64,000 nt of DNA from Octopus vulgaris (Eukaryota): positions 34,224,001-34,288,000 of the forward strand of contig OX597830.1 of the NCBI GenBank assembly GCA_951406725.2, in the 5' to 3' direction. Each line of letters opens with the position of its first letter. Position 1 is the stretch's first letter. Of this stretch, positions 38,799-51,571 are shown in pieces. A program made the translations under genes and the position numbers. Under the pieces are notes generated by a model. That model worked only from the letters and a program-made list of their open reading frames with translations, ran no database searches and had not been told where the DNA came from.

Positions 38799-38802
<4 letters not shown>
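38525..38802. mobile_element. Ancient foldback repeat, copy 3 (best preserved)
   Basis: gtggatctcgaagcagataaggctataaataattgca..ctggataga is inverted against tttatcca..tgctgtcatttatagcatgatatacttcaagatacac. Confidence 0.65.
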
Positions 38803-38878
<76 letters not shown>

Positions 38879-38945
38879 CATACATACATGCATATGAGAA
38901 GATATAAATAATGGTCATGAAAATCTTTTTTTATTGTAGTGAATT

Positions 38946-39052
38946 TGACTTACAGCAGTTTCCAGTAGTCATTATAGGTTTATTAGTGACTGGTTAACCC
39001 AGTCGGCCCATTGGTCAGTTGAGAAAAATTGAATGACATTTCATCAGAATCA
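38946..39052 (-). ncRNA. Type-I hammerhead ribozyme motif with expanded stem II (homologue of 26539-26663)
   Basis: Minus strand UGAUU-CUGAUGA-[78 nt]-GAAAC-UGCU-GUA/AGUCA; the insert is homologous to the 26.5-kb copy. Confidence 0.68.
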
Positions 39053-39257
39053 TTTTTGGTTATGACCAAGCAGAACATTGAAGGAACGGTACAGGTATGG
39101 GGACGGGAGAAAATAGAGGCAATGTGTATGTATGTATGTATGTATGTATGTGGGTGTGTGTGTTTGGGAATTAAAATTGCTCATATGTATTTCCTTGTGT
39201 TGAAGTATATCTATTTACAAATTGACAGAATTGAGTTTTAAGAAAAACATGGTGTTA

Positions 39258-39653
39258 TCTTTATATATAAAAGAGAGGTTGTGTGCTGTCTGTCTCCTAC
39301 GATTTAGATTCTTAACTATTCCCACATTTTGTGGTGCAGTTTAACCAAAACCGGGTATCTTATAGTTGTGATTCATATCGAGCCCTTCTGGGTATTAGCG
39401 CGCGTCTACGATGAGTCTATGATTTTAAAAAAAATTTACCATCAATTTTTCCCATTTTTAATGCATTTTTGGCATATATAAGGGAAGTAACTCTCTAAAA
39501 ATTTATTAAATCTTAGAACGTAAAAAGCTACAGTAACACCCCACCCCCTTTGTGGTTAGCCATTTTGAGATGGCTATTATACTTTACATCTCTAAAAATG
39601 CCTATATAGTTATTTCCCTTACAAACCCGAGCAACGCCGGGCGATACTGCTAG
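39258..39653 (+). mobile_element. Non-autonomous Helitron, 396 bp
   Basis: 5' TC(TTTATATATAAAAG), 3' GC-rich hairpin CCCG-AGCAACGC-CGGG then CTAG; inserted between A39257 and T39654 with no TSD. Confidence 0.9.
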
Positions 39654-39947
39654 TAGTTTATAAATTGTTACAACATTTCAATCACTAAACACTATGATTT
39701 ACTCTACGTATGGTATTCAACTACAATTTTCTCCACCTTTATTTCACTTATATGATTTGCAGTTCCATTATTTGTGTGATCAACAAAATGTACTTCATCC
39801 AGTAAGAGATAAGAATCATTTAGTATACACAGGATTTAAATGTTGGCTGCTATAAGTTTCATGTCTCTGAAAATACAATAGTTGGCCATGCTTATGTAGT
39901 ATGCCATGTATTTTCACAGTTCACTATACAAGCTAGTCTGATCATAG

Positions 39948-39974
<27 letters not shown>

Positions 39975-39978
<4 letters not shown>

Positions 39979-40370
39979 TGGAATGACCAAGTTTAAAAAC
40001 TGCAGGATCTCACTCATAAGGCATTGGAATGTTACATTGTGTATAAACTCAATATTTGGAAGGACCCATTTTAAACTCGGTTGGACTTCACTCATAGGGT
40101 ACTGGAATCTTACGTATATACCATTCTGCCAAAAAAATTGATCTACAACTTCAATATCCATACATATCTTACATCTATTTTCTTTCCTCCACCTCATTCT
40201 CTATTTTGTATCACATCTAAACTAACTATGATTTAACCATCCTCTCACACTGTCTCTGATGAAGGGATATAATTAATAAATATCCTGGAAACAGCTGTAA
40301 GACCTTCTATCTATAAATGTTCTAATATCTACACAGCCTTGGTTTTTTATCTCATTACACAAAAAATTCT
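39975..40370 (+). mobile_element. PLE 3' remnant (GIY-YIG tail plus HHR) in (TA)n
   Basis: Frameshifted ALECYIVYKLN..GPILNS resembles the PLE end E..I....P.LN and is followed by an HHR. Confidence 0.55.
40252..40303 (+). ncRNA. Minimal type-I hammerhead ribozyme motif
   Basis: GUCU-CUGAUGA-A-GGGAUAU(loop)AUAUCCU-G-GAAAC-AGCU-GUA/AGAC; all three stems are readable, with an A-G mismatch at the base of stem II. Confidence 0.8.
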
Positions 40371-41029
40371 TATATATATATTGTGTGTATGTCTACATGT
40401 ACATGTGTACATACTAACATATGCTTAACAGAACTTATTTGTTTTGTCAAGTGCATGACAATCTTTCAAAAGTTAGTGCCATGATTAAATGGACCCTGTA
40501 CACTCTGTAATGTGGTTGGTGTTAGGTAGGGCATGCAACCATAGATACACTATTCTCAGGCAGTATGTGTACAAATGAGGAATAGTTCCCTGCAACAACT
40601 AGGAATTTAGTGGCTCAAATATAACTAGTTTGGACCATGCTCACCTGTGAAAGCATGGGCAATTGACAGAAAACGATGTCAATAAAAATATATGCTTTGA
40701 TATGTATGACGTTCTATCTCGTCAAAGTCCAACAGATGAGTCTTTATTTGTGTGTGGAATCCTTATTTCTGGTTAATTTCTAGTCAATACGATCCAATAG
40801 TTTGCTTCTCTTGTATTACCAACTGCATAGTGATGCATGCATTATACAAGCTTCCATGGACTTTTCATGAAATTTCTGTGATATTCAACACATTCTTCAT
40901 GTTCTTCATCATTGAAGCATGGCTTATGTCACAGACTTATTATGGCTTCATTAGCTAAGAGTAGACTTTACTGCATTTCCTGAAGTAGTAATGAGTAAAG
41001 GAAGATTTCATATTGGTTGGCAAAATAGG

Positions 41030-41455
41030 ATTATTTAATAAATAAACGGTTCAGAGATATCCTCAGCTCAGTAAACAATAGTTCAGTGAGTGTTAACGTA
41101 TTTAATGTTAGAATCATACACAAGCTAGCCAGAAATAATTACACGGGGAAAAATAATATTTCTCAATGACTAATATTATTGTAATTGGTTTGACAAATAT
41201 AGGAGACTACTCTGGATCAGTTTCTACATTATTCTGAACTCATCAGCAAAACACAAACTCCACCAAAGTTGCTCAATGGTTGGTGAGAGAATCACTAAAT
41301 AAATGTACATAAATTGCACTACATTACATAGAAAAGTAAAATTGTTTTGAAATTAATTCAAAGAGGACATCCTCTTGAAATACGATAGTTGAGCCAGTTT
41401 TAACATATTTAAAGCAAAGATCCTTGTAAAAAGTAAATTGGAGCACAGTGGTCAT
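41030..41455 (-). mobile_element. PLE 3' remnant with a decayed HHR at 41211-41250
   Basis: LCF.. and FELISK resemble the PLE end C.LC..EK....LLN.RSELISKCRH; UUUG-CUGAUGA...GAAAC-UGA-UC/CAGA. Confidence 0.45.
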
Positions 41456-41462
41456 AGTTTAG

Positions 41463-41689
41463 CACTCTTTTATTCTTTCAATTGTTTCAGTCATTTGACT
41501 GTGGCCATGCTGGAGCACTGCCTTTTAGTCAAGCAAATCGAACCCAGGACTTATTCTTTGTAAGCCTAGTACTTATTCTATCAGTCTCTTTTGCCGAACT
41601 GCTAAGTTACAGGAACGTAACACATCAGGATCGGTTGTCAAGCTATGTTGTGGGGACAAACACAGGCACACAAGCATACACACACACAA

Positions 41690-41764
<75 letters not shown>

Positions 41765-41887
41765 TACGACAGGCTTTTTTCGGTTTCCATCTACCAAATC
41801 CACTCACAAGGCTTTGGTCGACCCAAGGCTATAGTAGAAGACACTTGCCCAAGGTGCCATGCAGTGGGACTGAGCCTAGAACCATGT
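41463..41887 (-). mobile_element. SINE family A, head truncated
   Basis: Reverse-complement family A body with an (AC)/(AT) tract. Confidence 0.88.
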
Positions 41888-41899
41888 TGATAATAATAA

Positions 41900-42127
41900 T
41901 GATCCTTTCTACTATAGGCACAAGGCCTGAAATCTGGAGGAGGGGGATAGTCAATTACATCGCCCCCCTCCCCCCAGTACTCAACTAGTACTTAATTTAT
42001 CAACCCCCAAAAGCATGTAAAACACAAAATTGGCCTCGGTGGAATTTGAACTCAGAATGTGGCAGCAGACGAAATACCGCTAAGCATTTCATCCAGCATG
42101 CTAACAATTCTGCCAGTTCACCACCTT
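41900..42127 (-). mobile_element. SINE family B
   Basis: Reverse-complement family B body. Confidence 0.88.
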
Positions 42128-42177
42128 ATTGGTAATAATAATAATATCATTAACAATTAATATTATTATTATTATTA

Positions 42178-42236
<59 letters not shown>

Positions 42237-43709
42237 GTTGTTGTTGTTTGTTAGTATTAAAAATTTTATTAAGTGTTTTTAACATTATGATTTTGCTGTT
42301 GCTTAGGTCTTGCTATTTTAGTTACAATTCATTGCTGTTTGCTGTAGTTTTGTGAAGTTAGCAATTTTTATCAATATTATTATTATTATTATTGCTGTTG
42401 TTGTTGTTGTTGTTGTTGTAACTATTATAATGTTGAATGTTGACTTGAATCTGAAGCGGAAATGTTTTACATTGCTGTTGGATAACATCTTTTGCAACCA
42501 GGTTCAATAGCTCAGTTTATTGTTGTTTTATTTATTATTCTGTATGTAATTCTCTTTCTCTTTCTCTTTCTCTTTCATAATCTCTCTCTCTCTCTCTCTC
42601 TCTTTCTCTTTCTCATAATCTCTCATTATGTCTCTCTCTGTATGTCTCTCACTTTATCCATCCTCTCTATCTTTTAGAAACTTTTATTTCCTTCTACTTC
42701 CTGTTCTGGCTTGTTTTCTCAATTCATATTTTATAGGTGTGCTTTACATATAAGATGATGTGGATGACAATGATATGTGTGTGTCTATGCGTGTGTAAAC
42801 ACATACATTCACATGTGCTGTCACATATATATATATATTTCTTTTACTCTTTCCCTTTCAATATATACACACACACATATTTATATACATATATATGTAA
42901 ACACATTCATTCACTTACATTCTCATTTATATATATCTATATCTATATATATATATATATATATTCACACACATATATTTCTTTTTCTTTCCTTTTCTTT
43001 TTGTCTATATGCATATATTAGAGATTTATATATCTGTGTATATGTATGTATCTGTGTGTGTGTATGTGTTTTGTGTGTGTGTGTGTGTGTGCATTTGTGT
43101 GTGTGTACCCAGCTTTATATGCGTTGTAGTTTATTGTAGGAGCTTTCTAGTGCTATTAACACTGTCAATTTCTTGCTCTTTCTTCTTTGCAGATATGAAT
43201 ACAAATACCTGTAATATTCTCTATTCTACTCAATTAACAAACACCCTCCTCCCTAAAAATGTGTATCTTCTGTACCAGCGCTAAAAATATAATTACCTGT
43301 GTGTGTGTTTTCTTCAATATATGATCATTGTCCTATTGCAAGGAACTGATTTTGAGAGGTAACTGATAAGTGTTACATAATTTCATTTCTGCCTCCTGTG
43401 ATTTGGTTTAGATAGTAAAGTATGAGACAGAAAACTTCATAATTCTTAAATTTGCTGTTTTTGTCTTCAGACTTACATATTCTGGTGGGAGAGCTTCAGC
43501 TTTCTGACTTTCATCAATCAGCAGCTTTGTAAAAATGGATAAATATATACTAGCAATATTTTGGGGGGTCACCTCTACCCTCTCTCAGATACTAACCCTC
43601 TCCATTTAGTCAAGGAGCCTTTTCCCTTTTCTGGCCCTTTCTTTTTTTCTCTTCATCCCGTTTCTTTCTTACTTTTTGTTTTGCTAGTTTTTTGGCAACC
43701 TCATTACCA

Positions 43710-43885
43710 CCAGTGGCATGAAACAAAAGACCAATACATTTTGTTAAGTGATTGGTGTTAGGAAAGACATCCAGCCATAAAAACCATGCCAAAGCTGGCA
43801 CCAGACACTCAACGTAGCCTTAGATATGGCTTGATCTTGTCCAACCAATGCCAGCATGAAAATGAACATTAAATTATGATGATGA
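43710..43885 (+). mobile_element. RTE LINE 3' tail fragment
   Basis: ggtgttaggaaagacatccagcc...gtccaaccaatgccagcatg...atgatgatg. Confidence 0.75.
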
Positions 43886-43910
43886 TTTATTAAGATATAT
43901 ATAAATATAT

Positions 43911-44825
43911 GTTTCTTTATTACCCACAAGGGGCTAAACATAGAGGGGACAAACAAGGACAGAAAACGGATTAAGTCAATTACATTGACCCCAGTGCGTA
44001 ACTGGTACTTAATTTATCGACCCCGAAAGGATGAAAGGCAAAGTCAATTTACTAATATATATAAATATATCTACATACATACGTGTGTGTGTGTGTGTAT
44101 CGTTTGTAGAAAACTTAAATCTGGAGAAGAAGCATACTCTAAGATATAGAGCAGTGTATATTCTAATGGGGAAGGGGCCAGATTATGGGATTACCCTGGA
44201 TTTCCTGTCCATAAAGGGTTGAACCTCTTCAAAATATGAAGGGGAATAGGCCTCATTACATTCATAACAAGGCCTTTTCCCCCTCCAGATGAGACAGTAG
44301 AGTGACATAAAAAATTCTGCCAAAATTAGTCTTTTTGGTTTGCATATATATATATGTTTCTTTATTGCCCACGAGGGGCTAAACATAGAGGGGAACAAAC
44401 AAGGACAGACAAACGGATTAAGTCGATTACATCGACCCCAGTGCGTAACTGGTACTTAATTTATCGACCCCGAAAGGATGAAAGGCAAAGTCGACCTCGG
44501 CGGAATTTGAACTCAGAACGCAATGACAGACGCAATACCGCTAAGCATTTCGCCCGGTGTGCTAACGTTTCTGCCAGCTCGCCGCCGTATTTGCATATAT
44601 ATATATATATAAACTGTACACACACACTCACATATAGTTAATGAGTTGTTTCAAATTTTAACACGACTTCAGTACTTGACTGGTACTTTATTCTGTTGAC
44701 CCCAAAAGGATGAAAGTTAAAATTGACATTGGTGGTGGCATTTGAACACAGAATATAAGGAACCTGAAGATATGCCACTTAGCATTATGTCTAATGTGCC
44801 CATGATTCTGCCAGCTTGCTACCTT
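43911..44825 (-). mobile_element. SINE family B cluster (43911-44048 partial, 44355-44587 near-consensus, 44667-44825 degraded)
   Basis: Reverse-complement family B bodies; 44355-44587 retains its CpGs. Confidence 0.85.
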
Positions 44826-45572
44826 ACGTGCAGTTAATAATGGTAAAAGGTGGATAAATAAAGTTAATGAACATTTTTAACTATTCCCATTATTTGCATA
44901 TTCTGATGTCTTGGAATAACCAAATTGTCTTTTACTTATATTAATATTTTATTTTTCTCCATTTGTATTTTTAAACAAATATGAATTTTTCTATTTAGTT
45001 ACATATCTATCTACTTATATATATATATATGTGTGTGTGTAAGTATATATATGTATGCATATATATGTGTGCATAAATGTGTATATGTATATATGTGCAT
45101 ATATATGTATATATGTATGTGTATATATATGCATATTTATGTGTATATATATATGTATGTATATGTGCATATATATATTCATACATATTTTCCAATTTTT
45201 TAAATAAAATATGATTTATTTAGAGGGAAAAATATAAATGAAAAAATAAAATAGATAGAACTTTAAATAAAAAAAAAAACGGAGAAAAAAACTTTGAAAA
45301 ATGAGTTTATTTGTTTATGTAGTTTCATTTGAATATCATTAAAAACAATTTCCAATTTTACTGAGATTCTTTCCTCTTCCTTTAACTCTTTGTCTTTTCT
45401 GTTTGTCAGTCTGCCTGTCACTTTCTTTCCCCTCTCTCATTCTGTCTCTCTGTCCTTTTCTCTCCAATAAATAAACACACATACAAATGTATGTATAATT
45501 ACAAACACACCTATGTATATAAATAAATATATATGTACTTATACATTAAAAATGTGTTTGTTTGTGTATATA

Positions 45573-45616
<44 letters not shown>

Positions 45617-46269
45617 GGGAATAAACATGAAATAAAATTAAAAGCAATCATTTTTCAGCAGTTCTGTTCAGCCCTTAGGCAATAAACAATAATCATTTGT
45701 CTGGCTTCTCTCTTAGCTGAAAATAGGATTGACATTCAAAGCTATTTTCAGGGTTTTGCTTTGGGGAGAAATACCCAGTGATTAAGATTTGCTGAATTTA
45801 AGAAATTTTTTTGTAATGAAAATATATGAATTTGTAGATCCATTCAACCCCCCACTAGCATGAATTTAAGATAAAACAACAATGTGGGAAGTAAAAATTT
45901 TTGAAGAATTATATAAACTCGAGTGATGTACTTTTTGTCAGTATAATCAAGAAGATTTTTTGTAATATAAAATATTAATTCTCAGCATCATCATCATCAT
46001 TGTCATCATAAGTCAATGAGAAGATGTATTAGCTGCTATCTAGTCACCAGGCCTGCAAGAAAAAGCAGGTAAATCACTCACAACCTATCTCAAAAATAAA
46101 AGTAATAAATAAACATATTCAAAATTGTAAATGGAGGCTAACACTGTCTTTCGTTTGTTTCGGTTATAAGACATTAGCCATGCTGGAGCACCACCTTGTA
46201 GAACTTTTAGCCAAATGAACTGGCCACAGTACTTACACTCTTTTACTTGTTTCAGTTATGGAAATTGTT

Positions 46270-46600
46270 AGTTGTGATACCTGTGCTGGTGGCACGTAAA
46301 AAGCACCATCCAAACGTGGCCAATGCCAGTGCCGCCTTTACTGGCTTCTGTGCCAGTGGCACATAAAAAGCACCAACCAATCATGGCCGCTGCCAGCCTC
46401 CCCTTGCACCTGTGTTGGGGGCACGTAAAAAGCACCCACTGCACTCATGGAATGGTTGGCATTAGGAAGGGCATCCAGCTGTAGAAACACTGTTTGATCA
46501 GACTGGAGCCTGGTGCAGCCTCCTGGTTTCCCAGACCCCGGTTGAACTGTCCAACCCATGCTAGCACGGAAAACAGACGTTAAACGATGATGATGATGAT
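46270..46600 (+). mobile_element. RTE LINE 3' UTR fragment with three ~62-67-bp tandem units
   Basis: 25-bp GTGCTGGTGGCACGTAAAAAGCACC-like motif at 46283, 46350 and 46412, then the standard RTE tail and (GAT)n. Confidence 0.8.
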
Positions 46601-46787
46601 ATCTATCCATCTATTTATCTGTCTGTCTGTCTGTCTGTCCGTCCGTCCATCTATCCATCAATCTATCTGTGTATCTATCTATCAGTCTGCTTGTCTGTCT
46701 CTCTGTGATTGAGTCTATATGTGATTCTTTGTACAAAAGAAAAAGTGGCCACAAGAACACATGCACAAATAAATAATAGTTTCTTAA

Positions 46788-47009
46788 CCCTTTCGTTAGC
46801 AATTCAGTTGAAATTAGTTCTGGCTCTGTAATACAAATGTCTTGTTTCCATAAGTTTTGAATTAAAATCTTCCACCAAACCTTAGTCATAACTCACGTTC
46901 CTAACACTAGCTTAATCATAACTAAGTTATTTTACTGACTTCTTTGTTATATTTTAAAGTAATTGAAAGAAACACAGAGCATCTGAAAGTAAATACAGTA
47001 ATGAAAGGG
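46788..47009. mobile_element. piggyBac-type MITE, 222 bp
   Basis: TTAA|CCCTTTCGTTA ... TAATGAAAGGG|TTAA, with TTAA TSDs at 46784-46787 and 47010-47013. Confidence 0.88.
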
Positions 47010-47989
47010 TTAAGTGGCTTGTGTGATACGCAAAATATATTTTGAACAACCAGTTTTATTGCAAAATATTGAAGTAAATAATCAATATTATAATTAATTA
47101 TTGTGTATGAAGGTGTACGTTTGTCAATGTATCATGGACAGATTAGTTCATCAATATGAGAATGTGTGTGTGTTTGTGATTCAGTACATGTATGTGTGTG
47201 TATGATGTTTTAAGCACTTACCAACAAAATATCATCTAACCATCTCCCTATCATTGAATGACAATTGCAAAGTTTATCAAATATCTTTCTTTCCTGTTCC
47301 CCTTCAAGTGGAATCCAACTCGCATCAACCAGTGCATTCTTCCAAAAAAACACATTCTTCTGTTTTCCTTGTCCTTTACAAAATGATGGCAGCTGTTGCA
47401 ATGTATCACTATAATACGACACAAAATTCTTCTTTTTTCAACCTTCAAGAAATCAGATTTCTTTGAAATATTTTCATATGCATCAACTTCTGTCAGCAAT
47501 TAAATAGCATGGAACATTTTATTGCGATATCACAGTGCTTATTATCAAGAATAAGGGAAAACCATACACAAAAACCGACTTATATTGTTACAATGATATG
47601 TCCTTATGAATGCATATACCTATATATACATCATGTTAATGGCTCCGAGGAAGCTACAGAGGATGTTGTAACAGCAGCCTGCTCTACTTCTAATTGCAGA
47701 AACGGCTGTATGCTAATGTAGATGATTGTATAACAGTTCCCTTGTCATTCATTTATTATTGTAACACACTGTACTTACCTGATATTTAAATGTACTGAGT
47801 TCTACCAAATGGATATCAGTGTCACTTTGCCCAAGCAAAATCATAGGATATACATATACATATATGTGTGTGTGTGTGTGTATAAATGTATATTTGTGTG
47901 TGTTATGTTATAAATATGTCCTTAGTCGAAAGGCACCTGTTGTTATGTTCTGTTATTATTTTTATCGTATTTTTTATTGTATTTATATT

Positions 47990-48275
47990 TGTGTAACATT
48001 GTCTGTTTTTTCCGTCCTTGTTTTGCATACATTCGCTGCTTTCTTTGAAGGAATCTAATGCTCTTAGCTTAGTTTTTCCTTGGCGCTAGCCAGATTGGAG
48101 CAATCTCAAGAATAATCAGCCAAAATTGCGAAGATAATCTGGTGCTTGACTGAGGAAAGAAAACTTCGAATGACCCATCTTTGTCTTTTTGTATTGTCTA
48201 TCTGGATTTTTTGTTGTCCCTTTTTGTATCACCTAGCTGTATGGATGATTTGCATTCTTGTCCCATTTTGCATTT
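47990..48275 (+). mobile_element. Unclassified ~290-bp repeat, same family as 26165-26448
   Basis: Aligns by eye with the reverse complement of 26165-26448. Confidence 0.75.
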
Positions 48276-48337
48276 TATATATATATATATATACATTCAT
48301 TCATGCATGTATGTGTAAATGTATACCTGTTTATACA

Positions 48338-48391
<54 letters not shown>

Positions 48392-48443
48392 TGTATATAT
48401 ACACACAAATACACATGCACACACACATACACACACATAGATG

Positions 48444-48479
<36 letters not shown>

Positions 48480-48798
48480 AATCACAAAAGAACAAGTACG
48501 GACAGTGGAATGTACTATGTGAAGTAGCTGAGACCGACCATTGACTAAGATACTCATAAACCATGATATATTTATGTATTTATTAAAGTTTTTATATGTC
48601 ATTATCTAATAAAACCTGACTCCCGAGATTAAAGAACTGATAATAAATAAGATAATACACTAAACAAGAAATTTATGTGGAAGAATTAATAGTAATCACG
48701 ATGATAATGATAATAATAATGCTGATGGCGATGTTGATGCTGCTGCTAATAGTAATGCAGTAATAATAATAGTGATTATAATGATAGTATTTATAGTG

Positions 48799-48841
<43 letters not shown>

Positions 48842-49144
48842 TGATGATGATGATAATGATAATAATAATAGTGATGATGATTATGATGATGATGTTGAAC
48901 TTGACATTAATATTCTCCTTGAAACCAATAAATATAAGTATAATATAGCTATAAATAACATCACTAAGTATAAGTAAGTGTATTGGTATGTACTTATTTA
49001 TATATATATATATATATATACACATACACACTTCTCCACCCACCCACATATATAGAGATATGCATGTGTGTGTCTGTATATATACGTGTCTCTTTGTCTC
49101 ACTCTCACTCTTATATATATGTGTGTGTGTGTGTATATGTATGT

Positions 49145-49200
<56 letters not shown>

Positions 49201-49331
49201 TGTGTGTCTGTATTCATTCTTGAGTATAACCAGTTCATAGGACCATGGTCAGTTTACTTAGAATAAAGAACTGAAAGTGAGCAGTCTAGGTGTCAGTGAG
49301 TTTAATCCTTAATCTGTCTATATAATGTGTA

Positions 49332-49473
49332 TCATCATCATCATCATTTAGCAACCATTTTCCATGTTAACATGGGTTAGATGATTTGAGAGGGACTGGT
49401 AAGCTAGAGAACTGTAAATGACCCCAGTCAGATTTGGTCTTGATTTCTACAGTTACATGCCCTCCCTAAAGCC
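49332..49473 (-). mobile_element. RTE LINE 3' tail fragment
   Basis: catcatcatttagcaaccattttccatg..catgggttagatg..tttctacag..atgccctccctaaagccaa. Confidence 0.7.
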
Positions 49474-49474
49474 A

Positions 49475-50120
49475 AAGAAATAATCCTTAGCAGAGCATAG
49501 TTCGTCAGTGGATCATATACCCAGAAAAAGAAGCATGCTCTAAAAGTTAAAGCAGTAATGTTTTTATATGATGTTATATATATGTCTGGTCATAGAGTGA
49601 CCAATGTTTCACGATCATAAATCACTCAGCTTTACAGATGGTTCGTCAGACTTCAATGGCTGTGGGAATATACCCTCTCTTCAAACTGGTGGTAAGAATA
49701 CCATTACATTCAGTTACTTTGTAAACGAACGAATATTATACACTGTCCGAACTTTGAAAGGGATGGGTTATTGCCCTTAGACTGGTTTGGTCAGTAAATC
49801 TTATGGACCAATAGGACAAATGGAGAATCTCTGTCCCTAGGTTGGTTCTGGTCAACAAATATTCTATACAGCCCTATTTGATGAACAGGGAATCCCATGC
49901 CTGCAGCATGTGACACCTGAAATGTGGGTAGGGTCTATATATCTCATGTCTTGAATTTAAGAGGACTCTTGAGTCAATTGAGTCTTTAAGGATTCTTACC
50001 ATCTGCTCCCATTTATATAGGACCATAGATGTTCTATTGTCCTTCATTTAATTTTGTATGGCGTTCCTTCATCCTTAAGGTGCAATACAGAACTGGCCTG
50101 GCACATCTTTCCAGAACCCT

Positions 50121-50125
<5 letters not shown>
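49475..50125 (-). mobile_element. PLE 3' remnant: GIY-YIG tail plus two HHR cores
   Basis: LKDEGTPYKIK*RTIEHLWSYINGSRW and VLLNSRHEIYRPYPH match the PLE C-terminus (LK....Y.IKW.I....Y.NG..C.LC...LLNxRxE....C.H). Confidence 0.7.
49596..49652 (-). ncRNA. Minimal type-I hammerhead motif with GUC triplet
   Basis: AGU-CUGACGA-ACCAUC...GAUCGU-GAAAC-AUUG-GUC/ACU. Confidence 0.7.
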
Positions 50126-50157
<32 letters not shown>

Positions 50158-50158
<1 letters not shown>

Positions 50159-50395
50159 AGATATGTGGTTTAGTGGTTAAGTGTTACAATAATGAGTATA
50201 AAATTGTGGTTTCAGTTTGAGCAATGCATTGTGTTCTTGAGCAAAATATTTCAGTTTATGTTGGGGTGGTTCACTCAGCTGGCAAAAATTAATAATCCTG
50301 CAATGGTCCAGTGTCCTGTTCAGGAAGGAATTATGTATGCAACAGAATCCAGGAAACCAGCCTTATGAGTTTATGATTCAGGAAGGACCTTTAAT
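50158..50395 (+). mobile_element. SINE family C, tail type 1
   Basis: gtggtttagtggttaag head, tgtgttcttgagcaaaa, cactcagctggcaaaa and cctgcaatggtccagtgtcc. Confidence 0.75.
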
Positions 50396-50429
50396 TCTTT
50401 ATATATATAAAGTCTCCCACAGAAAAACA

Positions 50430-50600
50430 CCATCAAAACATATCCCTCACTAAACCTTAGCAGCTCTCAGATACAGTCTTTGTAGTTGTGCCAAATGCTG
50501 GGCTCATTATTACCAAAGATTTCTGCTGGTAAAAACATATCTTTAGCATAGCTCAGACTGCATCTCAAAGACTGGTCTTTCTTGGAAGGTTAGTGTACCA
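50430..50600 (+). pseudogene. CR1/L2/Jockey-group LINE RT C-terminal fragment
   Basis: MLGLIITKDFCW*KHIFSIAQTASQRLVFL matches LG..I...L.W..HI..I...A...L.FL. Confidence 0.65.
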
Positions 50601-50812
50601 CATTGTTATTCTTTCTGGCTTTGTATTTATCTTATTTGACTTAGGAATTAATTTTGGCTTCAGTTTATCAGCATGTGTGATAAAATGTTATCAAAGAGAT
50701 TATCTAATTTTATTGACCAACTTACTGCTGAGAGGAAGATGTTTTGGATTGTAAGAGAAATTTTATTTAAACTAATTGCCTCAAGTCTTGTGTAGAGAGA
50801 TATTATACGAAA

Positions 50813-51010
50813 AGGTGACAAGCTGGCAGAATCATTAGCATGCTGGGCAAAATGCCGTGACATTTTATCTGTTTTTATGTTCCACCAAGGTCAACTATGC
50901 CTTCCATCCTTTTGGGACTAATAAAACAAGCACCAGTTGAGCGCTAAGATCAATATAATCAACTTACCCCTTAGCCAAAATTGCTGGCCTTGTGTCAGAG
51001 TTGGAAACCA
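50813..51010 (+). mobile_element. SINE family B, degraded
   Basis: agctggcagaatcattagcatgctgggcaaaatgc head and central domain. Confidence 0.8.
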
Positions 51011-51336
51011 TTATACTAAAGAGGTGATAGGTAAAATTGACATTTACATTTTATCTATCTGATCAATTGTTGGACAAATCCATGAAGCAGTGACAATTCT
51101 TCAAACATTTGCAAGTTCATATCATAGTTGATTATAGTTATAACTATGTCTGAAGGAGTGAACGGACTTTGAATTAATTGCTTAAAATTGCATAATTTTT
51201 GTATGCAATATGAAATAAATGACATCCATTTACAGAAACATACATAACCTGTATGTGGAAATTATATCTATATACATATTGCTGTCTTAGTATTGCTATC
51301 TAGGAGATATTTTATGGTAGTAGAAAAGTATTTCAA

Positions 51337-51571
51337 GGTGGCGAGCTGGCAGAAACGTTAGCACACCGGGAAAAATGCTTAACGGTATTTCGTCTGCCGC
51401 TACGTTCTGGGTTCAAATTCTGCCGAGGTCGACTTTGCCTTTCACCCTTTCAAGGTCGATAAATTAAGTACCAGATACACACTGCGGTCGTTGTAATTGA
51501 AGTGATCCCTTTGTCTGTCTTTGTTTGTCCCCTCTATGTTTTGCCCCTTGTGGGCAATAAAGAAATAAGAA
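51337..51571 (+). mobile_element. SINE family B with Tx1-like tail
   Basis: Near-consensus head and gccccttgtgggcaataaagaaataag tail. Confidence 0.92.

Noticed and set aside
46283-46436. CRISPR-like layout of three 25-bp repeats with 42- and 37-bp spacers
   Set aside because: The spacers resemble each other (..tggcc..tgccag), the repeat belongs to the RTE 3' UTR, the context is eukaryotic, and there are no cas genes.
1923-49266. Many [12 protein letters not shown] and poly-I/L ORFs in the track
   Set aside because: Stop-free artefacts of (AT)n, (AC)n and (AAT)n repeats.
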